Source: Trichoplax adhaerens | Taxonomy: Eukaryota; Animalia; Placozoa | Direction of reading: 5' to 3' | Length of the DNA: 64,000 nucleotides | NCBI RefSeq assembly: GCF_000150275.1 | Contig: NW_002060952.1 | Coordinates: forward strand, 766,482-830,481 | Shown here: positions 30,739 through 42,725 of the stretch, piece after piece | How positions within the stretch are numbered: the stretch's first letter is position 1 | How the letters are laid out: each line of letters opens with the position of its first letter | The notes under the pieces: model-generated | Database searches by the model: none | Seen by the model: only the letters and a program-made list of their open reading frames with translations | What the model was told of the DNA's origin: nothing | Made by a program: the position numbers and the translations under genes

Positions 30739-31044
30739 NNNNNNNNNNNNNNNNNNNNNNNNNNNNNNNNNNNNNNNNNNNNNNNNNNNNNNNNNNNNNN
30801 NNNNNNNNNNNNNNNNNNNNNNNNNNNNNNNNNNNNNNNNNNNNNNNNNNNNNNNNNNNNNNNNNNNNNNNNNNNNNNNNNNNNNNNNNNNNNNNNNNNN
30901 NNNNNNNNNNNNNNNNNNNNNNNNNNNNNNNNNNNNNNNNNNNNNNNNNNNNNNNNNNNNNNNNNNNNNNNNNNNNNNNNNNNNNNNNNNNNNNNNNNNN
31001 NNNNNNNNNNNNNNNNNNNNNNNNNNNNNNNNNNNNNNNNNNNN
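30739..31044. other. Assembly gap (N run)
   Basis: 306 consecutive N. Confidence 1.
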
Positions 31045-32030
31045 TTTCAGAACATGAAACTAGCGATTTTACTACATGCCATGTTTGGAAATGTGCACTT
31101 TAGACACAACGATGAATTTCGATAGACCGAAAAGTAGTATCTGTTTATAATTTTTATATCAGAACGATTTATGGTTTTTAAATTAACAAAAGCAAATTCC
31201 TAAAATGTGTTGCTAATTTGCTTTAGTTTAACAGCGCTGTAACTAGGATCTGCATTATCATCTACTTTGTATATGAATTGTGATACTTAATTACTTATTA
31301 AGATATTTACTATAATCGGTGATTCGATCCTAATAAGCTTATTAACTGAAATGCGCATGATTAACTATACTATGCACCAATAACACCTGAATAATGTCCC
31401 TATTCAAGTGTTCATGGATGATTATAAGTTACGATTTTAAAGGGATTGATAATTACATATGTTCATTATTAAAGATAAATTAGAAATCAATTTTATTTCA
31501 GACATAGGCGTTACCGACGGTAATTAGTAGCGCTTGCTAGCGCTATATATGTGATACGTAAAAATGCTACACTCTGTTTTATTATAATATTGAGATAATT
31601 ATTAATATTCTGGCCAATTTATATATTCTGACGATAACGCAGGTGCAAATTAGGACTGGATGGATAATTCAACTTGTCTACTTGCGAAAGTGTCAAATTT
31701 GGAGCATAAATATGATTGACTAACTGGTCACTTTCGTTCACAATGAGTGGAAAGGGTCACCCACAACTGCTATTATAGTATAGCTATAACTATATTTAAA
31801 GCTATTCAACAACTGCCAGTGCTATATATGAATGGCTATATCGGTTCACAATGAACGAGAATAGTGACGGTCAGTATCCGTTCATTATACGGTATAGCAA
31901 TATTTAAACTCGGTAATGCGACTGTATTATGCTGTTCATTATACGTGAAGCAATAAGCAATAAATAACTTATATCTATAAAAAAAACATAAAGATATTTT
32001 ATTTTAGTATATTGTTATTATTAGAAGATA

Positions 32031-32991
32031 CTAGTACAAACTCACGTCGCTTTGCTGACGGTTTACGATAATGTACTTATTTGTTAATAATTAACAGATA
32101 GTATTACCATTCGACATTATTTATATCCCGGTAATAGCCAGGCACTACTATATTCACAGCTATGCTTGTAGAATACTACTTTTCAATAATGCATTCACGG
32201 ATGAAATGCTATATTAAGATTAGTTGATGGTCCAAAGCACATTATGATAACTAATGTACGGTGATAGACATACCAAGTTAAGATTAGTAGGTACTGAAAG
32301 ATATCGACAGTGCGGTACAATGTCCTTGGTACTGTGGTCAATTCTATATCAATCATTATAATGTGTCTAAGGGATCGCTTGAGTATGCAAGTAAAGCTTG
32401 CTCTGTTGATAGAAACTGTTATAAGAAAATGTAACAATCAAAATGGCTGTGTAGAAAACTCTATAAAAATTCTATGTTTATTCAATTTTCATCAGAATAT
32501 TACATCAAATCAAAATTTAAAGGCCCAGTGGCCACCCTTAGTGATATAACGAATACTATTTTAATAATCAGTACTCTGCAGAAATTACTACTTTAGAGCT
32601 ATTCGTTTTACATGAAGAAATCTGGAGGTAAAAAGTACTGTAGGAATCTTATACTGACCTATTGAAATGAACCCATAATCAGAGTCATCGAACAGTAGTA
32701 TGATGAAAAACTCTACAGTATACGTATAGTAAGAATAGATATGGATAGCTAAATATGCACAGTGACCGATATATACAGTATAATAGCAATTCCCGTACAC
32801 CTCGAACAGATATAAAGAGGCATATATATCAAAATAGTTTTGAAATCAGATATAAGGGTTCACTTTCAAAGATAGATCATGCTCGATGAGAGTTGATAAG
32901 CGGTAAATGGTGGAATGAGTAAGCGTAACAACCAGCCAGTCAGCCAGCTAGCCAGGGAGACAGCTTCTCAAAAGTATATATATTTATAAGA
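32031..32991 (-). mobile_element. Non-autonomous Helitron, apparently full length (961 bp)
   Basis: On the minus strand: host A, then 5' TCTTATAAATATATATAC with a short CTGG-type microsatellite; 3' hairpin CGTCAGCAAAGCGACG about 10 nt before terminal CTAG, followed by host T; no TSD. A second copy lies at 49431-50138. Confidence 0.85.
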
Positions 32992-33004
32992 TAAGGTAAT
33001 TTAA

Positions 33005-33265
33005 ATTTAAATTATGTAGGTGATGAGTTATACAGTATTCAATATATTAGATGCAGATTATCATTTGTCAAATTTGAGTATAAATATCATTGACAAGGCA
33101 ATTTAAATTATGTTGTTGATAAATTATACAGTGTGAAATGTATTAAGTAGAGAGCATCATTTGTCAAATTTAAGTATAAATATTATTGATAAAGTGATTT
33201 AAATTATGTTGGTATTAGTTTAAACATACAGTGTTAAACGTATTAAATAGAGAGCATCATTTGTT
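33005..33265. repeat. 96-bp tandem repeat, about 2.7 units
   Basis: ATTTAAATTATGT at 33005, 33101, 33197, with a shared ...CATCATTTGTCAAATTT.AGTATAAATAT segment. Confidence 0.85.
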
Positions 33266-35177
33266 AGTAAACAACAAGAAATAGGTGAATAATGACAATT
33301 CAGCTTTGAAATTTTTGAATTTCTCATGATCTATTTACATGTACTAAGATTTACCTCAACAGTAGAATTGCCATTTATCGAATATTCATCTTCTATTAGG
33401 TACTACCGTATAAATTAAGCTTTAATATAACTTACAAAAGATACATTGAAGACATGTAGCCTAGTGCAAATAATCATTAATGAAAATTTAGTGTTAATGA
33501 GGGTAACTGCTACTACTCTAAGCAATACATTATAATTGTTATACGATTATGATACAGATAGTCCACTCAGTGACCTGTTTAGCGTTAATACAACGTAGTT
33601 TAAATGCTAAGAAATATGGGAATCTCGAGTAGATCTTGAATAATAAATAGCAACCGAATATAAAAAATGAAATTCTTTAAAACTGGAAGATTAAGGTACA
33701 GAAAATATAAAATACGCGAAATATTAAGAAAATAGAATTAATAAAGATATGTTAATACGATGAGCGAATTTCTAATATAATACAAGATATCTATTTGCTG
33801 TTAATAGGCGATGCAATATATCTTCCATGCAATGTATAATTGTTGTAATTCATCGAGTTCTATGTCGTCATCCATGACGGCATCAGTTATAGTGCTTGAG
33901 CGAATTAGAGCTGAGATAGTTGTTATTGGTGATTTCGAGCACAATTGAAGAATTTTAAAACCATAAACATTGACTATGTTTTTATTCGTCTCGTGTCAAT
34001 GAAATAGAATAGATATTATGTAAGATCTTCAACTTTGAATGATAATATTTAAATGGTACTCTTAACGACTATTGACATAAAAAAATATTGAGAAATAAAT
34101 TAGTCACAGTCCAACTATCCCGATCTAAAGAGAGTCAATTAAATTGAGGAAACAAAAGATTTTTTAGATATATGAGTTCAATATCATTTAAACTCGATAG
34201 GTATGCATATTGATAATAAGCCGTGATTTGGAGATAGAACTTGACTCTAATTTCGATTATGAAAATATCCATCATTGGAGATATTGAAAGGTAAAGAAGG
34301 TATTGTGAAAATTCTAATGATCGAATTGATTTATTGTCAAGGCACAGTCGGCTTTATTTCTTGGAACAAACACTTTAGGAAGTCATCCATTTAAATTACG
34401 GACAATAAATCAATGATTAATATGGAGACTTTTATTTATTTCTCTTCATTTTGATCTTTTCTCTATACAAACTATTGTTGAATGTATTTTGCTTTCATTT
34501 ACGGCTTAAATGCGTCTAGATAGTATAAGCGCTAATTAAGAGGACAGATAATAGCCCAAATCAAGGAAGGTCATCAATACGATTGCATGGATAGACTATT
34601 GTTGAAGAGATGACATCAAATTAGGCCCATATATTTATCAAGCACTGGCTGCTTTATCCTTGTTGTTTCTGAATGAAAAAGTGATGCATTATTTATCATC
34701 AGATACAATTGAATGTTATTAGGAAAGTGCCTTGAATTTTTTCAGGTTATTTTTTAAATCAATCTTGCGGATGTTAATCTCTTACAAGTTGAACGTTTTG
34801 TTACTATTTAAGCATCCAAATATAGTCATTAGTGATTCGAATTACAAATCGCTGTAATACACCCATTGCTACAGTTTTAAGATAGTATTTTTAAATGTAG
34901 ACTAGGCGCAAAACTACTCTTCTACATTGAATTTTCATATCCTATTGGTAGTCTTTCCCTTTTGTAGTGTTGATGAAATTTTGGATTACAACGCTTATCG
35001 TTACCAATAACCATTTGTTTAAAGTTATTCTGTGCTATAGCAATCACACCAATAACTCTTACTTTCATATTAAAGGTAGAATTACTGCATCACTACTATT
35101 AATTGGATCGATGTGATAAAAACGGAGTATCGACCGACAACAAATGTAATAAGAAATACAATTTATAATCCAACACT

Positions 35178-36383
35178 ATGGATAATTTAAGTCATAATCA
35201 ACCTCAACTCTTGCATCAGTTAAGTATTGCACCTCACGTAATAATATCTTTGTGCTTACTATTAATCAGTATTGTAAGTTTAGTTGGAAATTTAACCTCA
35301 TTATATGTAATCCGTAAAATTCTATCATTTCATACTCAACAATGGTTTCTGATATCGGTGATAATTGTCATCAATATAATCCTTGGATTATCTATACTGC
35401 CGACAACTGTCATTGCGTTCATACTCAACTATAACATATTCTCTTCATCCACATGTACATTTTTAGGATTTCTTTCTGCGTTTACTAATTTGATTCAGGC
35501 CTTTATCGTTGCTTTGACGTTAGTCCATCAAATTGCTCACTTAAATCCGACGTATCTATGTATTCGACATCGTGGTTATAAAAAATTATCCAAACCTTAC
35601 TTAATTCTATGCACTATTCTGACCTTCTTTTTCGCCATGTTACCGTTACTCAACATGGCAACTATCGGACTAGGTGAATACAAGATGATTTCTTCGATAC
35701 AAAATTGTTGGATTGATATCGGTGGCCCTAATAATAGGATAGTCTCGATCATATTTATATCTTGCTTTTTCTTGCCATATCTATTCTGCCTGTTCTGGTT
35801 GCTCGATCTGATATTATTATCGTTATCCAAGACGATATCGGGTGTGCAGTATCAATATCCTAGTCAAAATGGTGGCAGTAACGTTATACTACGGACAATT
35901 TCAACATTAATCATTGCTTATTTAAGTCTCAATTTGCCCAATATCGTTAAAATATCGGTTGAAAGAATATCACCAGGGAGAATATCTTCAACATTACAAA
36001 TGTTATTCACTTGGTTAGGATTCTTTTTTACTACTATCACACCAATAATTATGGCTTGTAATCATTCCGAATTTACTCAAGTCTATGCTCGTCTAGGAAA
36101 ATTAATCCGATCTTCAACAAGCAACAATGTAGTCCATCCAAGTGGTCGCTCCACTCCTAGGAAAACTACCATTCCTATAATTAAAATTGATAAAGTGGAC
36201 AATAGTTTGTATCCTACAACAGAGGCAAAAAACATTTATAACATCAAAAAAAGCACTAATGAAGAGGCTAATCAGAAATATCTTTCTGTGGGCAAGTCAT
36301 TAAGTTGCAATAAGCCTTACATGCATAAATCCGATGATATCGAATCTAAGGCTTCAGCAACTGCACGAGTTAGCGCAGTCTAA
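35178..36383 (+). CDS. Intronless atypical class A GPCR with degenerate activation motifs, 401 aa
   Basis: Open 401-aa frame with 7TM pattern, TM1 GN, C3.25 and the ECL2 GLGxY...CWID motif shared with the three neighbouring GPCRs; DRY replaced by HQI, NPxxY by TPIIM. Confidence 0.88.
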   Translation: MDNLSHNQPQLLHQLSIAPHVIISLCLLLISIVSLVGNLTSLYVIRKILSFHTQQWFLISVIIVINIILGLSILPTTVIAFILNYNIFSSSTCTFLGFLSAFTNLIQAFIVALTLVHQIAHLNPTYLCIRHRGYKKLSKPYLILCTILTFFFAMLPLLNMATIGLGEYKMISSIQNCWIDIGGPNNRIVSIIFISCFFLPYLFCLFWLLDLILLSLSKTISGVQYQYPSQNGGSNVILRTISTLIIAYLSLNLPNIVKISVERISPGRISSTLQMLFTWLGFFFTTITPIIMACNHSEFTQVYARLGKLIRSSTSNNVVHPSGRSTPRKTTIPIIKIDKVDNSLYPTTEAKNIYNIKKSTNEEANQKYLSVGKSLSCNKPYMHKSDDIESKASATARVSAV

Positions 36384-37971
36384 TTGCAATTATAGTAATA
36401 TTAGCTAGTATTTCCCGCTCATTCTAAATTAAATACTAAGGTCAGCTTTCTCTTAGTACATTAGCGTAAATCTTCTTATAATCTAAAGAAACGATAGATC
36501 TCTACAGTACAATATGGATAAGATGAAGATAAATTTCTATATCGCTATTTGCTATCACTTTGTGCTGTTAACAAGGCATTATATCAAATACCCTGCTGTT
36601 GTATTTTACCTCTTATGATGTTGCGATCCTTTTTGATATCATTGTTCACTACCAACATAATACAGTATTTTAACTGACAGATTTAAGATGATTGGATTAG
36701 CACGTGCATTATTGACATACATGACATTATTAAGTTGGTTTCTGGCTCAGGAAATACCGATATTTCGATGGAATCTGTAAGAACAGAGAATCAAATCGCA
36801 AAAAAATCTTACTAATATCATACTACCTTTTGTTACTATCATTTTTAACACGGCTTTAGCCTCTATAAATAATCTGAAATCAGATAATCTATTTCTGATA
36901 ATGTACTTGTATTTTGGTTTAGGATAAATATATGCTGAAAGAGTGATACTAGAATGTAATTGCTGTTAAATCTCGAATTTTATACTTCTTAACTCGTCTA
37001 TAAGACTCCAAAGTTATCCCTAATATTGCGATCATGGCTCAGCTTCGTGACATCACTATAGGTGTAATTTAGGAAGCTGTCTCTTGATATATTATCCATG
37101 AAGATGGAGTAGTAAATGAGTTACGGACTAGATAGTTCGCTATTTTATGTTAGTTTTTACGAGAGCTTATTTATTTTCAATTTCTCTTTTGTCTCTCCTA
37201 TCGTATTCTACTGATACTTTCTTTAGATTGGTATTATAGAATTTAATTTCTCATAATATTATGTCCGCTGTATTAATATTATCTAAAAATTGTCTTTCGA
37301 ATAAGAAGATTAATAGCAACTACTGAGGAATTAATAGAAAGAATATTATTACTAAATAAACATTAGTAAATAGTATTTCGTTAGATAAGAAATTTTACAA
37401 TACTATAATAACATATCATTTAAATCTGTGTGAATTAATATTGTATATATATTTGTGGTATATCTTTGCAGTGATATTCACTTAGATTATTTAATAATTT
37501 ATGGCATAGAAAGAAGGAGGCGAGAGAGAAAACCTAATTTTACAAACTTTTACTTTAAACTGCTAGGTTTCGGTTAATTACTCGTATCTATAGTTAGGAT
37601 GGTTTAATAATTAAATAAATTAAAAATACGTCAAAGAATTTGAATTGCGGATAGATAGTATTCAAATATATTTGGAGTATTCTTATCGAACTTCTGACCG
37701 ACACTATGGTAATGGTCACTGTCGCAAAACAACTTTCGTGATCGTATCTGAACTAGTCTATCTACTCCTATGGTTCTCTGACTAACTCCGGAGATCCTCA
37801 CCAAGGGAAAACTAACTTCTTCCTATACTATAGTAATCGAGTCAAACGATAGGTTTAGATTAATAAATATATTTATTACTAGCCCGTTTATGTTAGTACC
37901 GGTGTACTCTACGTTAGCCTCTGTGGAACTGAGATTAAAAATTAATAATCAAGCTTATATACAATTTCATA

Positions 37972-38245
37972 TGTCAGACAAACAACAGGAAGAGAGTCGC
38001 GGGCGGGGAAGCGAGCGGTAGTGTGGCGTAACCCGAGTTGCCGTGATACCCTACAAAGCCCGCGCGGCACGCGCAAACAGTAAAGAAACACTGACTAAGA
38101 GAACAGGAGTGAGTGGATAGATCAATGGGTTAGTTGATAAGTACATGGCCCGGTGCTAATCTTTCACCTTAAATTATATAATGTGCAATACAGGCTTGCT
38201 ATAGACTATAGTGCAATCTAGTAATAACAACGTTAAATTATTACA
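37972..38245. mobile_element. Candidate solo LTR (274 bp) with 4-bp TSD CATA
   Basis: Begins TGTCA and ends TTACA; flanked by CATA at 37968-37971 and 38246-38249; GC-rich core in an AT-rich background; TATATAA near 38175. Confidence 0.45.
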
Positions 38246-39856
38246 CATAGATTACAAAATATTAATTATACTTAATTTATAGTATTTTAGTCGTAGTGCT
38301 TTGTGAAATCTAAGAGCGATTGACAGATCAGACTATTTAAGTTACTACCGTAAGAACGACCTAAATATTGCGATAGATGTTTCAATAACGATAAATTGGT
38401 ATACTTTTTGTATCTGAATTGCAGATACTATAATCACCTCACAGATGCAGCCGATCTCTTCTTCTACAAGGCCTGATTTATGTGATAAAGAAGAATAAAC
38501 AAGAACTTGACCTTCTATTTAAGTTACTTTTAACCACTTTATTCATAGATCTAATTACATAAATACGTGTTAGACTTGATTGTAATGATATCGTCTAAAG
38601 TAAGTTAAACCATAATATCCATATCTATTGATGAGAGCATTGCGATTTGTTTATGGGTAATAATAGTTAGAATACCTTAATTTACATTTTATATATATGA
38701 TGAATTTTATGCTGAAAATTGTATCAGGATTGAACGCCTTTGCAAACAATATTAATATAAATAGGGCACAACTTCAATAAATGATTGATTATAATTCACA
38801 GTATCAGGTATTGCTATTCTTTAGTTTGCTGCATTTCATTAGGCATGCTTCTAACGTTATTATTGGCCTTGCAAAGTAAGTATTGAAAGTATTTTTGGGA
38901 TAAGATGATTAGCTCATTCGTAGTTTAAAAATAGTACAGCATTCGCGATAGGAAATCATGTAATTAGAGTAATAGCTCAGATGTATTTTATTATTCGATA
39001 GATCTCTTTAAATAATTCATAAGAGAATCAGCCGGGACTGTTGTAATGTGTTGTGATTCGAGGCTCTTTAGGAGGTAATTTCTCCTGATTAACGGCATAC
39101 ATCTCGTAGCTTAGTTTGTTTACTATTGCAGCTAGATGACAAATTATGTATTATTGCAACGGTGTCTTCCGTAGAAGTAGAGTTGTATAGTTATAGTGCG
39201 ATACATCTATTAATATGAATAGGTATCATATCATATTCATTTATAAAAGTCTCAATAATGTGTTTAGAAGGCGCAACAGTTAGGCTCTTTGCATTGCCTA
39301 TTTACGGAGCATTCCGAGGATAGTTTAATACTAAACATAGTAATAAAGATGCAAAAGAGAAGGCAGATACAAGAAAGTATTAACTCAGAACTAATTATGT
39401 CAGTAAAACTATTATTCAATTTCTGAACATATAAGCTCTTGTTACTTTTTAGCTTTAAAAGTTCGAAATAAAGCATTTAAAAAGCGATTCGTTATATTGT
39501 AATGAAATGGTAGTGTAATTATTTCATTGCATGTACGAATATAAGCTAAATTCAATCGTAGCATTATTTTATGATTATTTTGGGTACGCTATAATTAAAC
39601 ATATAAAGATCAGACGCCTGTTCGAAACACTTGTTCCGTAGCGATAGAAAAACACATCTTGAACCTATCATTTTCAATAGCAAACGTTCTGTCGTTGCTG
39701 TAGTTGAATGGTAATGGGTACGTCAATGCCAGTTACCATGATAAGCTAGAAGCAAAATTTTATATAACTACCGGTAAATATCTATCGGTTAAGTTTGATT
39801 ATTTATAAGCCGAACCCGTATTTTACTTGTATAGACGCACGGCACATACGAATATA

Positions 39857-42725
39857 TTACACTTTATCAGTCCTTTCTTGGCCAGTTTCTTGATAAAATT
39901 GGTTTAAGGTGTTAACATTTTCTAATAGTAAATCTGTATACTTCCTGAGATCTTCAAGTGTTTCTGATTCACTACGATCTTTTCCTAATGCTTTTATGAA
40001 GTTTTTTCTATAAGGTGAAGCTTTAACAGCCAACTTTAGCATGATGAGGAAAAATATAAAGTTAGTTAGCTAGTATGGTATTGATATAAAACTTTCCCAT
40101 TCATTCACGCAGTACATTATAAAATGGATAACTTTTATAACACATTCTATTTGCAACGAAATCGTACGATACCTATTCAATAATATGCAGTACAACAAAT
40201 ACGACGTAAAATATCGGCAAAGTGTAGCAAAGCTTACCGAAAAGATTCCTTTGACTATGAAACCGTGATATCGTCGAAGAGTTTGTTCGTAAGCTGTAGA
40301 AGCACAAACAGATACTTCGTCTGTAGTTTTAACTAATAAATCTAGCAAAACTGCAATAAAATTCAAAGCCCTAAAAAACATAAAGTAAAGGAGAATATTG
40401 TAAGCTAGGTAAAAGAGTGAAGAAAAAATAATAATATATATAAAATTCTTATTTTAAGGTGAAAAGATTAGAAATCCGTTCAAGATGAGGCGACCTTTTA
40501 AGCCATAGTAGAGCATCGGTAGCAGAATTTTTGACACCGGTAGTTTTTTCTGCAATCTCGCTACGTACAATTTCTTGTAGTGTGTGATACTTTTCTCTAT
40601 TTTGCTCGAATTTCTTGGTCAGCTTCTGTATTGGGGATTAAGTACGTTAATAATAATCCAATAATATCAGCTACATGATTACTTGTACACCACGCGATAA
40701 AATCTTAGTACGGAATTAAGCCATGAGTAGTGACTCAGATATACAGTAATGTTGTTCTTTCGTCTCGTTACGCAAGTTGCTATTCAATTTCATCATCAAT
40801 CAGCCTATTTCGACTTGTTCATAGCAAGTATAAGCTATCCGCCTCGCACGTGTATTGTTCGCGCAAGATTGTGATTTAGTAACTACGTTTACATCTAACT
40901 GTAGCTTAGTACTATGATAGCTAATAGATTTGTAGGCTTAAAAGGAACTATGTAAGATATACTTGTATAGCAGCTGATAACAGTTCTGTTACGGTTCTTT
41001 CGTAAAGAACATCTTCTTGTAACTTACAGAGATATTGCCATTAATATCCATTTTAACAACGGAAAATGCCGATCCGAAAACCTCTAGAATGAAATTAGAT
41101 TATCAATTTATTCAGCGATGTCTACATGAAGGAGGAAAACTAGTAATACATTGAGTTAGAAGATTGCATAGTTATTTTACTGCTGCTACACTGGTTACGA
41201 TACTATGCAGCCATTATACTGTAAAAGTTGCTAAAACATTCTAACGGAGTAATGTTATATATAACGACGTCCTTTAAGATTCCAGGAGTTTATTTAACAT
41301 TCAGACCAAATTTGAGCTGCTTACAATAAAAAGATTTTAGTAAAAGATATTGGCATAGGTTCAAATCTGAAATGTTAGGCCAAAGGAAGAAATTTTTGGT
41401 GGATGATTAAGATAAGCTTAAAATTGTATTTGCTGAATTATATTTGTTTTTGCTTACAAAGCTTCCAGTACAAGCATCACCTATTTGTATGCCAAGTCAT
41501 AACGTATTAAATGAGGCGACGATGCTATAGTTAGTAATGAAACTTGAACGGTTTTATCCGTAAGAAAGTGAAAAATATCGGTATAAGTGTTTGGATTTAT
41601 CTTCTAGGCTATTACTCTTTATACAACACGATGGCCACTTTGTTTCAGAGAATGATAATTAATTAATATTAAAACAGTAATGTTTAGAGCCTCAATTCCC
41701 AGCATTATTTTTAATAATGAAAAGATTGGAAGATAAATCTGTCAAACTGTTAGTATAATACTGCATTTTTTTATTTAACAATGCTGACTTCTGTAAATGG
41801 ATGATGGTCAATTTATTAATTTACAGTTGATTTTAATCCATAGCTCTCAATGACTAAATGACGATCAGGCTGGCCATAGTAATGCGATCATTTATTCTAA
41901 ACTATAAGCTACTTCTATCCATTGCTGTCAATGACAAGAGCAAATTATGACCAATCAGAATACTTGTTGTCACAGGAATACGATCATTTATTTTAAAATT
42001 AGCGATTTCAATCCATTGCTCTTAATGATGAGAACAAACGATGATCGATCAGCAGACTTGTTGTCACAGCAATACGATTATTGTAAAATTAGTGCTTTCT
42101 ATCGATTGCTCTCCATGACGAGAACAAAATAGGATCTCTTGGCAGACTTAGTGTTACAGGAATACCATCACTTACCACTCCATTAACTATTTCTATCTAT
42201 TACTCTCAGTGCAAAGAACAAGTGATGATCAATTAATAGACTTGTTGTTACAGGAACACAATCATGGGCGTATAATAACATTAGCGATTTGCATTCATTG
42301 CTATCTATGACGAGAACAAGTGATGATCAATCAGCAGACTTGTTCTCGGAAAACACAATCACTTATTGGTCATTACACATCAAGTTAGCGGTATCAATCC
42401 TTTGCAATCTCAGAGGAGAGCAAATGTTTATGTATCAACAGACTTGTTGTCACAGGAATACCATCATTAATGATAAAATGAGTATTATTGTGGTTAAGAT
42501 AGAATAATCAATTCTCTTTTCAGCAGAGAATCTCTAACGGAAAGTTGAACAATATGTTTACGCCGACATTAGATCAAAATGCAAAACAAAGCATCATCTA
42601 CTTGGTGTTCTATCAACTTACCGAAAATTGTGGTTAAATCGCGACAAGCATCGAGGAAAGCTTCAGTTTTAATCTCTTTATCTTCACTAGTGGATTGAAA
42701 AGTATCGATTGCCAACTTTCGCCAT
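39857..42725 (-). CDS. GLTP: Glycolipid transfer protein (GLTP domain), 5 exons, ~199 aa; exon 1 carries an apparent 1-nt insertion
   Basis: Exons 42725-42622, 41083-41028, 40625-40495, 40370-40238, 40033-39857, all GT-AG and phase-compatible. Motifs FLDAC, VKMDINGNI, SATDALLWLKRAL, AYEQTLRRYHG, ASPYRKNF. Confidence 0.9.
41836..42470. repeat. Degenerate ~90-100 bp tandem repeat (about 7 units) in GLTP intron 1
   Basis: Recurrent ATCCATTGCTCTCAATGAC.AGAACAA...AGACTTGTTGTCACAGGAATAC at about 41837, 41917, 42012, 42101, 42195, 42293, 42397. Confidence 0.85.

Noticed and set aside
30674-31057. 127-aa ORF
   Set aside because: Artefact of the N gap.
32195-32800. Short ORFs that resemble ORFs at 49317-49939
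   Set aside because: The similarity comes from the two Helitron copies; frames are not preserved between copies.
2898-34618. TGACATCA motif upstream of three GPCR ATGs (about 2898, 27163, 34611)
   Set aside because: It also occurs elsewhere (about 13226, 22627, 37048, 46920); enrichment is too weak to claim without a statistical test.
37690-38140. Telomerase RNA on the minus strand (CTAACCC near 38127-38133; P6.1-like GAAG-TTAGT-TTTC near 37808-37820)
   Set aside because: The template is only 7 nt (no CTAACCCT), and I see no convincing pseudoknot or H/ACA hairpin; the LTR-like boundaries explain the GC-rich part better.
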